64,000 nucleotides of DNA. Origin: a bacterium. Its GTDB lineage: Bacteria; Electryoneota; JAOADG01. The stretch covers positions 3,776,001 through 3,840,000 of the forward strand of contig OY820579.1 of assembly GCA_963681965.1 (NCBI GenBank). Direction: 5' to 3'. The position numbers and the translations under genes are program-made. The stretch's first letter is position 1. Each line of letters opens with the position of its first letter. Below, in pieces: positions 10,341-20,133 of this stretch. The notes under the pieces were generated by a model that saw only the letters and a program-made list of their open reading frames with translations, searched no databases and was not told the origin of the DNA.

Positions 10341-10642
10341 ATCAATATCCCGATTATTTACCGAGTAACAATATAACAACTTTGGACACGAGAAAACATT
10401 AGGATAACCGAATTTGTCAAATTTATCCGATTAAGAAGCGATCTCAACTTCCAATCTCTATTCCGCTAAATTTTCTCGCGTTGTGAAAGAACCAACTAAG
10501 CGAAATCGAACTCGCAAAAAATATACTTGGGATGTCACGATATAGTACAACCGGGAATCGGATTCATCAAATCGAGATTGGAATTGACGAATCTTCGGAT
10601 GTGATGAATGACCATTTCAAGAACAAGTAATTAGAATAGATT

Positions 10643-10658
10643 CGTGAGCTGGATCACA
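10643..10658. promoter_or_regulatory. CRP/FNR-family binding box upstream of the pilC operon
   Basis: CGTGA-GCTGGA-TCACA. Confidence 0.55.
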
Positions 10659-10844
10659 AATAATTCATTCTTAGCTTCGGATGAGTTGCTGCTACATAAA
10701 TTCCGATACTTCATTCAAAATTAAATAAATCCGTTAAATTTTCCGTGTCGCGTTGCGAGTAGCGCCTAGTATCATAACGATCATCACCATTGTCTTTACA
10801 TCGATCGGCTGTTATAGTATCTCTTGAAAAATGTTGTTAGCGGT

Positions 10845-10892
10845 AGTAGGAGCGGACCCCCGCGTCCGCCCGCAGGTCAGACGACGCCTGAC
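10845..10892. repeat. GTAG-type REP palindrome pair
   Basis: GTAGGAGCGGACCCCCGCGTCCGCCC then GTCAGACGACGCCTGAC; homologous to 16400-16448. Confidence 0.7.
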
Positions 10893-11106
10893 ACCGAATC
10901 ATGACAACTATTTTTCAAGAACCACTATCTCATCTCACCCGATTGATTTCCCAAAATATCCTGATCGTATCCTGAACCACGAACTGACCAGTGGAATCAA
11001 TGCATCATTTAATAAAAATGGAAAATCTATTTGCTATTGTTGTCGAATTAGTTAATATTTTCTCGTGTCGCGGATTTCGTTGGAATGTCTATCAAAGGTG
11101 TCGGTT

Positions 11107-13260
11107 ATGAAAGCAATGATCTATCGGTTGTTCATCCTCAGTTTATTTCCCCTCGCCAGCGCTTTTGCACAACCGGAATATCACTGGCAACTAGCATCCG
11201 GCAGCTATCTCAACGATCCCGGTCTGGCAATTATCACTGGTTCCGGCAATCGCATTCAAGCTATCACCGCCTATCGCATTCAAGAAACCCTCGATTCGGG
11301 TCGTCACTGGACGACACGCCTCGGTGGTACTTCGACGAATTTATCATTCTATTACGCCGATACCGGACAGACGCATTTCATCCTAGCCGGTAATACGCTC
11401 TACCGAACCACCGATAACGGCATCGAATGGAATGTCAATCGCACGAATATCACCCACGGCATTTCACTGATCAGCAGACGCTCGCGGTATTGGTTTGAAG
11501 CCGGTAGCAATAATTATGAAACGGTTTCCCGGTCGTTCAATCAGGGTCTAACTTGGCAAACGGTTTTCAGTGGCAGCTTATTCGGTTACAATTTAGTTGA
11601 ATCCGATTCCGGCACCCTGGTCTACGGCTGCACCTACGGTCCATATCGTTCAATCGATTTCGGATCGTCTTGGCAACCGATCTGTCCGATCGCATCCGGA
11701 ATTACCGAAGCGACATCGGTTCATTTTACTCGCCACTCCTCGCTGCTAACCCTGCAATACTTGTATTCCACTCGCACCTTGAAAATCTATCGCAGTACCA
11801 ATAATGGAACCAATTGGCAAAATTCAGATTCGCTCTGTTCGGTCGGAATCGCCGACAATATTCGCTGGTTTGAGTACGGCGATTCAATCTCGCTAATGAC
11901 CTCCGTCGGAGCATTTATCTCCACCAACGATGGCGTTAATTGGGCGCGTGCCACAAGCATTCCGGTAATCCCCATTTGCATCGATTCGACAGGCGGGAAG
12001 TATCGCTTCGATGACAATCAAATGGTGGTGTACCAACCCGCAATGGATTCGATCTGGCACAATATCACCTATTCGGTTCCGACTGCGAATGCCTTCAGTG
12101 GATTGCCGCAGCGACTGCAATGGCACCGCAATCGCATCCTTGCCGTCAATGTGGGAGGCATCTATTCGTCGACCGATTATGGCGATCATTGGAATCAAAC
12201 GATGAACATTCGCTCGGTGCATGTCGTATCGTTGCTGGTCGATTCATCGTCGGCAATATTTGCGGGTACCGATGCCGGGCTGTTGCGATCGGAAAACGAC
12301 GGTGAAAATTGGTCGTCGTATCCCGATTTGAATCGCGTCAAAACCATTAAGCGACTCAACAACCGTCAACTATTGATCTCGCAGGATAGTATCCTCTACC
12401 GGTCCGACGACAACGGCGACACGTGGACATCGCTTGGCAGTCCGTTTCACCAATTCGGCGCGACTGACTTTATTGCGAGTGCCTCGGGTACTTGGTTTGC
12501 CTGTGTGCAGTGTCCCACATCTGCAACCAATCCTACTGCCGGAATCTATCGCAGCCCCGATCAAGGTGACAGTTGGACTGCGAGCAATCGTGGGTTGGTG
12601 TTTCGCAACGTATCGTCGTTGGCGATTGCGCCCAACGGTTATCTATTCGCTACCGTCGATGTCAGCGGTTCAACGAGAGCAAGTGGATTATACCGCTCCA
12701 CCGACGACGGGTACAATTGGTACTACATTCTGCCCACCGAAATCGGAACCGGTCAGGGGATCAGTCCAATTTATCTCGACAGTACGGGAATGTATCTCTT
12801 CAGCAATGGAACGATTCTGCATACGACGAACTGGGGCAACAATTGGGAATCGATCAGCGATACGCTCGGATATGTTTCTCCGGTCTCTTTCTTTCGCGCT
12901 CCCACTGGCGCCTTCTTTACCAATCTCAGTGCGAAAATTTTTCGTGCATCCGGATCCACTAAGATCGTATCGCCGCACGATCCAATTTCGCTGCCGCAAC
13001 AACCCACGCTAATCGCGCCATATCCTAATCCATTCAACGCATCGACGGAGATTCGATACCAGCTTGCCCAAGCTGGAGCGGTGACACTTACCGTCTACGA
13101 CTTGACCGGTCGAGCGGTTACCGAATTGGTGAATACCCACCAGCAATCCGGCGAGTACGTCTGCCGGTTCGATGGACAGACACTGCCGTCGGGCACGTAT
13201 TTCGTGCAATTGCGGGTAGGAACAATTTCGAGGACTCAGAAAATCGTTCTGTTAAAGTAG
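11107..13260 (+). CDS. Secreted BNR/Asp-box repeat beta-propeller protein with T9SS-like C-terminal domain
   Basis: Signal peptide, many SxDxGxxW repeats, C-terminal YPNPFN...QKIVLLK. Confidence 0.85.
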   Translation: MKAMIYRLFILSLFPLASAFAQPEYHWQLASGSYLNDPGLAIITGSGNRIQAITAYRIQETLDSGRHWTTRLGGTSTNLSFYYADTGQTHFILAGNTLYRTTDNGIEWNVNRTNITHGISLISRRSRYWFEAGSNNYETVSRSFNQGLTWQTVFSGSLFGYNLVESDSGTLVYGCTYGPYRSIDFGSSWQPICPIASGITEATSVHFTRHSSLLTLQYLYSTRTLKIYRSTNNGTNWQNSDSLCSVGIADNIRWFEYGDSISLMTSVGAFISTNDGVNWARATSIPVIPICIDSTGGKYRFDDNQMVVYQPAMDSIWHNITYSVPTANAFSGLPQRLQWHRNRILAVNVGGIYSSTDYGDHWNQTMNIRSVHVVSLLVDSSSAIFAGTDAGLLRSENDGENWSSYPDLNRVKTIKRLNNRQLLISQDSILYRSDDNGDTWTSLGSPFHQFGATDFIASASGTWFACVQCPTSATNPTAGIYRSPDQGDSWTASNRGLVFRNVSSLAIAPNGYLFATVDVSGSTRASGLYRSTDDGYNWYYILPTEIGTGQGISPIYLDSTGMYLFSNGTILHTTNWGNNWESISDTLGYVSPVSFFRAPTGAFFTNLSAKIFRASGSTKIVSPHDPISLPQQPTLIAPYPNPFNASTEIRYQLAQAGAVTLTVYDLTGRAVTELVNTHQQSGEYVCRFDGQTLPSGTYFVQLRVGTISRTQKIVLLK

Positions 13261-13504
13261 TCGTAATAGACGACTGTATCCGATCTATTTTTTTATTTCT
13301 TGGATTGCGACTCAATCTAACTTATTCGACTATTCAATATTTTTTTCAAAATGCGCAATCATGGTTGCAATTCGAGAAAATAATTGCGTAATTCTGTATA
13401 GGTAAACCGATAATTCTTCTCCATCGCATTAGCAATCAGTTTAGCCACTTCAGCAACAACTTCACTTCTGTTTTTGCATCGTCAAAGAAATAGGAGACAT
13501 CAGC

Positions 13505-14821
13505 ATGATCCGAAGTTTTCTGTTACTGCTACTCACGATTCTACTCTTGACTTCCTGCACTGAAAATGATTCCAAATCGGTCACTCCGGAAACAGGCGTT
13601 CCGCTAGCACCTTCGCTTCCCGTTCCGAGCGATAGCGCAACCCAAATTGCAACACCGATTCAATTGCGCTGGACCTGTTCCGATCCCGACACCACCGATA
13701 CTTTGCGCTACGACGTTCAGATGGATACGATCAATCCACCACAAATTTCCGTGGCTCACGACCTTCGAGTAACCAACTGGACCACAGGAATTTTACGACA
13801 TGGCAAGACTTATTTTTGGAAAATTATCGCGAAAGATTTACAGGGTCATTCGGTAGCTGGTCCGGCGTGGCGCTTCACCACAGTCGGCAACAATTCTCCG
13901 CTGGCACCCTCCAATCCTGTTCCAGCCGATTCCGGTTCGGCACCCGATTCTGCTTCAGTCACTTTGCGCTGGCACTGTTCCGACCCCGACCGCGATACGC
14001 TTCGGTACACCGTCTACTTCGGAACCACCAATCCACCTACCACGGCGACCGCATCCAATCTTAGCGATACGACCGCTGCAGTTACCAATCTTCATACCGG
14101 CGTTCACTATTACTGGTATGTTGTCGCATCCGACGAACAGGGTGGTCGATCGCAAAGTTCCGTCTGGAATTTCACAATCTCGCAATTTCAAATCAAATGG
14201 GGACCCGACGGATACGGTTACACTGCAACCGACAATCGGCTCCCATATTGGCCGACAGCTTACCGGTTTCGCGATATTACATCACTCGGAACCGAGGTCA
14301 TCTATGGTGACGACATCGGTGCTTCGACTTCTTTGAATGGCATGCCGTTTCGATTTTATGGAGATGCGATTTCGGATATTTTCGTATCGACGAATGGTAA
14401 TGTTCAATTCGTTCAGTCTGGATCAAGCTCATTGTCAAATTCAACATTACCGTCTCTGAATGTACCTTCCAGCGCACTCTTTGCGTTATGGGACGATCTG
14501 ATGGGTCAGGTTTTCAAATTTCACGATGTAACTGAGAACGTTTTTTATATTCAATGGAACGGTCGACGGTTAGGGGGCGTCGCAGGAGATACAACTAGTT
14601 TTCAAATTCAGCTTCATAGTTCATCGAACGAGATTGTATTCGCTTATTCCCGAATTCTGGATTCGATAAATTCCTTGACACCTACGATCGGGATCCAGCA
14701 CAACACCGGCGCGAACAATCAATTCCTACAATGTTTTTACATCACGACTGCGGGGGTTGGATTGCCCAATCCGATGAATGGCTACATGATTCGGTTTTGC
14801 CCACCGGCTTCGATGCGGTAG
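13505..14821 (+). CDS. Lipoprotein with two fibronectin type III-like repeats
   Basis: Lipobox LLTS-C; duplicated 'LRWxCSDPD.DTLRY...YxWxxxAxD..G...WxFT'; GGAG RBS. Confidence 0.8.
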   Translation: MIRSFLLLLLTILLLTSCTENDSKSVTPETGVPLAPSLPVPSDSATQIATPIQLRWTCSDPDTTDTLRYDVQMDTINPPQISVAHDLRVTNWTTGILRHGKTYFWKIIAKDLQGHSVAGPAWRFTTVGNNSPLAPSNPVPADSGSAPDSASVTLRWHCSDPDRDTLRYTVYFGTTNPPTTATASNLSDTTAAVTNLHTGVHYYWYVVASDEQGGRSQSSVWNFTISQFQIKWGPDGYGYTATDNRLPYWPTAYRFRDITSLGTEVIYGDDIGASTSLNGMPFRFYGDAISDIFVSTNGNVQFVQSGSSSLSNSTLPSLNVPSSALFALWDDLMGQVFKFHDVTENVFYIQWNGRRLGGVAGDTTSFQIQLHSSSNEIVFAYSRILDSINSLTPTIGIQHNTGANNQFLQCFYITTAGVGLPNPMNGYMIRFCPPASMR

Positions 14822-14899
14822 CGCAACAAATTGAAGTATCCTAAAGAAAATTGTCATCACTAATTTGGGTGGGCTCTCGTGTCCACCCTTTTTTTGTAT

Positions 14900-15323
14900 G
14901 TAGGAGCGACCCACTGCGGTCACCCACATATTTTAACAGAGCGTATGGCTTACGACCCGTGGGAGCGTTCGCTCCCATTGAGGGAGGCTCGCTACCCGCC
15001 CTATCCCCGATCTACACCGAAGCGGAGTCGGAATTATGGCTTTTAACTAAATAGATTAACTTCGCTGAAGCGTTGGACTTTAGTCCATTCTCTGTTTCAT
15101 TTTCATGAATTGCGGATTGAAGACCGTATCGATAAATCAGTGTGTTTTTGGTAGGGGCGTTCTTACGCGTCCGCCCGTAACAGTTGAATTGGCAGAATTC
15201 AAAGATTGAAACTTTGAATCAAAAGATGCGGGTGTATTACTTTCAGTGAGAGCTTCACGGTTGCCATAAGCCCCTACTTTAGCTAATGCATCAGACACGG
15301 GCGGTTCGCGAACCGCCCCTACC
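14900..15323. repeat. REP cluster (several GTAG-type palindromes)
   Basis: GTAGGAGCGACCC..., GTAGGGGCGTTCTTACGCGTCCGCCC, inverted GGGCGGTTCGCGAACCGCCCCTAC. Confidence 0.75.
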
Positions 15324-15373
15324 AAAGATGTAAAGATAAATGGTTATAAACCATAATTCCGATATTCAGCAAT

Positions 15374-15407
15374 AAAAAAACGTACCCGACTTGCGCCGGG
15401 TACGTTT
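15374..15407 (-). terminator. Intrinsic terminator of pilin-like copy 1
   Basis: AAACGTACCCG/CGGGTACGTTT stem followed by a T-tract on the minus strand. Confidence 0.8.
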
Positions 15408-15429
15408 AAAAATGTACTGCCTACAGAAA

Positions 15430-15837
15430 CTACCGGGTAATCGTTGGTGTCGGAACCGCCGTTGCCGTAACACCGGCATAGGCGACCGTCACGTTTTCAC
15501 GACCGACTGCAGTAATGGTGTAAGTATTGGCGCCACGGGCGGAAATTGTAAAAGCGTCGCCGTTAGCGTTTGACCATGCCAAAGTACCGGCTGCAACCGG
15601 CTTGCCGATGATCGAGAAGTCGAACGTCGAGAAGTCGTACTGCGTTGCTGGTCCGCCAAGTACCTGTGGCTTGCGAGCCCATTGCTGGGACTGGCTGATA
15701 ATGCTCAAGCACTCTTGAATGATTGCATCTTCGTTCGCCTGCTTTGCGCTGCTTCCGAAGAGGTTAATACCGACCACCACGGCGATACCTACAATGATCA
15801 CGCCGAGAACGATCAGTAATAGTTGTTGTTGACCCAT
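15430..15837 (-). CDS. Major pilin-like protein, copy 1 (non-canonical N-terminus MGQQQLLLIVLG)
   Basis: 135 aa, N-terminal hydrophobic helix then amphipathic helix; strong RBS AAGGAG; own terminator; inside the pilus locus. Confidence 0.75.
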   Translation of the reverse strand: MGQQQLLLIVLGVIIVGIAVVVGINLFGSSAKQANEDAIIQECLSIISQSQQWARKPQVLGGPATQYDFSTFDFSIIGKPVAAGTLAWSNANGDAFTISARGANTYTITAVGRENVTVAYAGVTATAVPTPTITR

Positions 15838-15851
15838 CGTTTTCTCCTTGG

Positions 15852-15897
15852 TTTGACATTATGGCTTACTGGCACCTACCAGTTAAGCACGGAACTC
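15852..15897 (-). promoter_or_regulatory. Conserved structured 5' leader of pilin copy 1
   Basis: GCUU-A-ACUGG(UAGGUG)CCAGU-AAGC hairpin, covarying with the copy 2 leader. Confidence 0.65.
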
Positions 15898-16077
15898 GAT
15901 TCAGATACGGCTCAGTGAGCAAATCAGCGATATGAAACTTGTCAAAAAAAAATCATTTCAAAACAATCAATGCAATGATATGAGATAATTATTCTTAAAG
16001 CAATAGGTTCACTTCTCATCATATAAAAAAATCTCAGGTTTGAGAGCATCGATTCCTCAAGACTCTACAAACATTTC

Positions 16078-16093
16078 TGTGATCTAGATCACT
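16078..16093. promoter_or_regulatory. CRP-family binding box upstream of pilin copy 1
   Basis: TGTGATCTAGATCACT, 15/16 match to the symmetric CRP consensus core TGTGATCTAGATCACA. Confidence 0.7.
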
Positions 16094-16399
16094 ATTTTCG
16101 ATTTAACATCTTATGTTTGCTCTCTCATTACCTTAATCGAGACGATGAGAGTCGAACAAAACTCACACATTACTATTCACCCCCGCGAGTAATAATTTAC
16201 TTTAGGAAGCATCCTTCAACTCTTGAGAGCAAGCAGAGTAATCTGAAAAAATGGGTGTTAGGGATTAGGAGATAGGGGGTTGGGAAAAGATGGCGCTTGG
16301 TGCGTAGTGCATGGTGCTTGGTAAAAAGAAAGGGAGACTAAACTGCGGTCACCCACCTCTCACTTGTATAATATCTCTTGAAAACAAGTTGTTATTAGT

Positions 16400-17148
16400 A
16401 GTAGGGGCGGATCCCCGCGCCCGCCCGCAGGTCAGACCAAGCCTGACTATGACGCATTCGTATGTCGGAATTTATTCCGACTCCTCCTGTGTCAGAAACA
16501 GAAGAAAACATACGCAGGCTGAAGCCTGCGGCTACCCAAAATTCCAAAATTGAAAGCGGACTAAAGTCCGCCGCTACCCATCTTTTCCCACCCCCCAACT
16601 CCCATCCTGTAGGTGGCGCAAACCTCCGAACCTGCGATTCGCATCTTCTCGTGGGTCGGAATTTATTCCGACTCCTCTTTATCTGGTAGGGGCGGGTCCC
16701 CGCGCCCGCCCGCAGGTCAGACGAAGCCTGACTATGACGCATTCGTATGTCGGAATTTATTCCGACTCCTCCTATGTCAGAAACAGAAGAAAACATACGC
16801 AGGCTGAAGCCTGCGGCTACCCAAAATTCCAAAAATGAAAGCGGACTAAAGTCCGCCGCTACCCATCTTTTCCCACCCCCCAACTCCCATCCTGTAGGTG
16901 GCGCAAACCTCCGAACCTGCGATTCGCATCTTCTCGTGGGTCGGAATTTATTCCGACTCCTCTTTATCTGGTAGGGGCGGGTCCCCGCGCCCGCCCGCAG
17001 GTCAGGCGAAACCTGACTATGACGCATTCGTATGTCGGAATTTATTCCGACTCCTCCTGTGTCAGAAACAGAAGAAAACATACGCAGGTTGAAGCCTGCG
17101 GCTACCCAAAATTCCAAAAATGAAAGCGGACTAAAGTCCGCCGCTACA
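16400..17148. repeat. Tandem array of composite REP units, 285-bp period (about 2.6 units)
   Basis: Near-identical units offset by 285 bp (e.g. 16462/16747, 16613/16898), each with several palindromes. Confidence 0.92.
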
Positions 17149-17183
17149 GTAATGGTACTTTTTTAAGGTAAGAGACATCCCTA

Positions 17184-17216
17184 TAAAAAAAACGAACCCG
17201 CCAGTTGGCGGGTTCG
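17184..17216 (-). terminator. Intrinsic terminator of pilin-like copy 2
   Basis: CGAACCCGCCA/TGGCGGGTTCG stem followed by a T-tract on the minus strand. Confidence 0.8.
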
Positions 17217-17240
17217 CTGCAAATTGGTTGGGTAAATAAA

Positions 17241-17648
17241 TTACCGGGTGATAGTAGGTGTTGGAACTGCCGTTGCCGTAATACCGGCATAGGCTACCGT
17301 CACGTTTTCACGACCGACTGCGGTCAACGTGAAGGTGTTCGCGCCACGGGCGGAAATCGTAAATGCGTCGCCGTTGGCGTTCGTCCAAGCCAATGTACCG
17401 GCTGCAACTGGCTTTCCGATGATCGAGAAGTCGAACGTCGAATAGTCGTATTGTGTTGCCGGTCCACCGAGTACTTGTGGCTTGCGTGCCCATTGCTGGG
17501 ACTGGCTGATAATGCTCAAGCACTCTTGGATAATTGCGTCTTCGTTGGCTTGCTTCGCGCTGCTTCCGAAGAGATTAATACCGACGACTACGGCGATACC
17601 TACAATAATAACGCCGAGGACGATCAGTAATAGTTGTTGCTGGCCCAT
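17241..17648 (-). CDS. Major pilin-like protein, copy 2
   Basis: 130/135 aa identical to copy 1; RBS AAGGAG. Confidence 0.75.
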   Translation of the reverse strand: MGQQQLLLIVLGVIIVGIAVVVGINLFGSSAKQANEDAIIQECLSIISQSQQWARKPQVLGGPATQYDYSTFDFSIIGKPVAAGTLAWTNANGDAFTISARGANTFTLTAVGRENVTVAYAGITATAVPTPTITR

Positions 17649-17662
17649 CGTTATCTCCTTTA

Positions 17663-17708
17663 TTTGACATTAGGGCATACCGGAACCTACCGGTTATGCA
17701 CGGAACTC
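17663..17708 (-). promoter_or_regulatory. Conserved structured 5' leader of pilin copy 2
   Basis: GCAU-A-ACCGG(UAGGUU)CCGGU-AUGC hairpin. Confidence 0.65.
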
Positions 17709-17851
17709 TTCTCGAATGAGCGAACTAAGTGAGCAGCGCAGGGATCGAAACTTTTTTCTGGATAAGATCTGTTATGTTCCAGTGTCTGGGTATAAAGTAC
17801 TCGAAGTCAAATAGGACTCCAACAACTTCCTCAAAGAGCATACAAATAATA

Positions 17852-17911
17852 TGTGATCTATGAACCCCTAATAATCAATACTCTATAAATAAGAGTGTGA
17901 GGTAGATCACG
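17852..17911. promoter_or_regulatory. Two CRP-family boxes upstream of pilin copy 2
   Basis: TGTGATCTATGAACCC (17852, weak) and TGTGAGGTAGATCACG (17896). Confidence 0.55.
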
Positions 17912-17928
17912 AATAGCAAATCGCCACC

Positions 17929-19140
17929 TTATTTTTCGTCCGTCGATTGACGCATGATGTCATCGCGGCGTCCCTCAAAATGCATGCGCGAATCGCGTAA
18001 CGATTCCGTCTTGCGCGCATTCTTCACACGGGTCATTATATCGGGTTCAAGATCGACTTTCAATAAAATCACCAACTCTTTATCGGTGAAGGAAACCCGC
18101 TCGTAGCCTGCGAGATAGCGAATTCCCAAAACCCACCACGGCAGATCTTTCAAGAACGGAATACCTTTTCGGGTATTGCTTTTTTCGGTAGTATACAATC
18201 CGCCAATTGCGGATTCTTCGCCCGGTAACATCAGCAACGATGTGCTGGCTTTCGATTTGTTGATCGTCGTTGTTAGCGCACTCACTTCACCGGTGGAGCG
18301 TTCGACATCGATCTTTAAATGAATAAACGTGACATCGTGATCGACGATTACCAACGGCGATACTTGCAAAATTGTACCGGCGGAAATAAAGTTGTCAACC
18401 GTATTGCCGGCAAAATCGCGGGTCTTGATTGAGAAATCCTGACCGACCTGCACATAGCCCTGTTTCCCCGCACGGACGCGGATCTGCGGATTGGCGAGGA
18501 TCGTACCCTGACCCTTGTTCTCGAATGTCTTGACAATCCCCGAAATCGACAAAGTTTTGTCGACAGTGCGTTGAAACGTCAGGGTAAAAATATTGTTGTC
18601 GGAGACATTCGAAGCGGCATCCTGATTGGTCTGTACTTTCACGTCACCGGAGTAAATCGAACTCCAGTTGACCCCGATTTCGCGCAAAGCGTTGCGATCC
18701 GCTTCGAAAAAGATCGCTTCAATGATCACTTCGCGGTTGGACAAATCGATTACTTCGACGTCTTTGCCACCCTGTGCCGCTTTCAGCAAGGGATTGAAGA
18801 TCCGGATGTAGTTCGCACCTTCTTCGAATTCGAGTTCGTTTTTCTTGCAGATCAATTCAAGTGCGCGTCGCCACGGTTGATTGACAACTTCCACTCCGAT
18901 CTTTTTAACCACACCGGAATTGTCGATGATCACCTTGCCCTGCTTGACAGTCACGTCGTTCAACAATTTGACCGCTTGTTCCAGTTGCAAAGTTTCCGAC
19001 AGCGAGATTTTATCGTCGCCAGTTCCACCGCCCGTCCATTCGGGACGAGGCTTGGTTTGCGCGATTCCAAACGGAGCGAGCGACAAGCACATGAATAATA
19101 TTGCCAACGCAACGATTGTGTTTCTACCCGCTTGGATCAT
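17929..19140 (-). CDS. pilQ: Secretin (PilQ/GspD family), short form
   Basis: Signal peptide, 'PWRRALELI', 'ILANPQI', 'IGGLY...GIPFLKDLP', 'ELVILL'. Confidence 0.88.
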   Translation of the reverse strand: MIQAGRNTIVALAILFMCLSLAPFGIAQTKPRPEWTGGGTGDDKISLSETLQLEQAVKLLNDVTVKQGKVIIDNSGVVKKIGVEVVNQPWRRALELICKKNELEFEEGANYIRIFNPLLKAAQGGKDVEVIDLSNREVIIEAIFFEADRNALREIGVNWSSIYSGDVKVQTNQDAASNVSDNNIFTLTFQRTVDKTLSISGIVKTFENKGQGTILANPQIRVRAGKQGYVQVGQDFSIKTRDFAGNTVDNFISAGTILQVSPLVIVDHDVTFIHLKIDVERSTGEVSALTTTINKSKASTSLLMLPGEESAIGGLYTTEKSNTRKGIPFLKDLPWWVLGIRYLAGYERVSFTDKELVILLKVDLEPDIMTRVKNARKTESLRDSRMHFEGRRDDIMRQSTDEK

Positions 19141-19209
19141 ACTTCCTCCTTACCGCTTGACCGACCGGATACTATCCGATAGTTCCGATCGAAAAATTAA
19201 TAAACCCCG

Positions 19210-20133
19210 TTAATTGTCGCCGGTGGTGGTGGGATTGGTACTGGCAAAGACCTCGTGTTTGATCACGCGATCGAATGCGACATCCAGCCATTCACCCAAC
19301 TGATAGACGACATTGATCACCAGCAATTTGAACAACCGCTCTTCGCGCTGGCGGAAAAACATCAACGATTCATGCAACGGAAACCGGATAATTTTGGTCT
19401 CGGTTTCTGCCACGATCCGTACCGGACGAATGGAAAAGTTCAGTAACGCAGCGCTTCCCCAGGCATCACCGGAAAACAGATGCATAATATTGTAACCACC
19501 GCGCTCGACCGACAATCGCCCCGATAGAACGACCACCACGCCGGCGGTATTTGCCGAATCCCACACGATCTCATCGCCAGTCGCCATCACCGCTTCGCGA
19601 CCGATCGATCGGAACGCTTGATACTCCTCGCGACGCCACCCGCGGAACATCTTGGGCAACGAGGGATCGGGTTGCGATTTGCGCGATTCGATTGCGCCGA
19701 TAAACGATCGGAGTTTTTCGAGATCGGCTTCGGCGCGTTTCTTCTCGTTGATTGCGGAAATATTGTTGAAGGCGTTCCGCAACGTAATCTTCAATTCTTC
19801 CAGCGCCAATGGTTTTGCAAGAAAGTCGTAGGCGCCATGCTTCATCGCTTCGCGCATCATATCGCGGCTATCGTGTCCGGACAATACGATGATCGGCATC
19901 GGCACTTGCCGCGAATGCAGTTCGAGCATCAATTGAAATCCGCTCATCCCCGGCATCACCAGATCGGTAATGATTAAATCGAATTGGTCATGATCGATTT
20001 TCACCAGCGCTTCTTCGCCGGAATTTGCGACAGTGACTTCGAAATCGAGTTCGCGAAGCGTTGCTTCAAGGTAATTCGTGATATCGGCATCGTCGTCGAC
20101 TACCAGTATCGAATGGCGTTCGTCCGAGGTCAT
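19210..20133 (-). CDS. Response regulator: REC domain plus cyclic-nucleotide-binding-like domain
   Basis: ILVVDDD, DLVMPGMSG, GAYDFLAKP; C-terminal 'VLSGRLSV...GDAWGSAALL...IVAETETKI' CAP_ED-like region; no HTH seen. Confidence 0.8.
   Translation of the reverse strand: MTSDERHSILVVDDDADITNYLEATLRELDFEVTVANSGEEALVKIDHDQFDLIITDLVMPGMSGFQLMLELHSRQVPMPIIVLSGHDSRDMMREAMKHGAYDFLAKPLALEELKITLRNAFNNISAINEKKRAEADLEKLRSFIGAIESRKSQPDPSLPKMFRGWRREEYQAFRSIGREAVMATGDEIVWDSANTAGVVVVLSGRLSVERGGYNIMHLFSGDAWGSAALLNFSIRPVRIVAETETKIIRFPLHESLMFFRQREERLFKLLVINVVYQLGEWLDVAFDRVIKHEVFASTNPTTTGDN

Noticed and set aside
16395-17117. 240-aa repeat ORF and the many short ORFs in REP arrays (also 32.4-34.5, 51.2-51.5 and 53.9-54.5 kb)
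   Set aside because: They are translations of palindromic DNA repeats with no clear RBS or recognisable domain; the 285-bp period explains the open frame.
15430-17648. pilE/pilS-type silent cassette antigenic variation
   Set aside because: Both copies are complete, have their own expression signals and encode nearly identical proteins.
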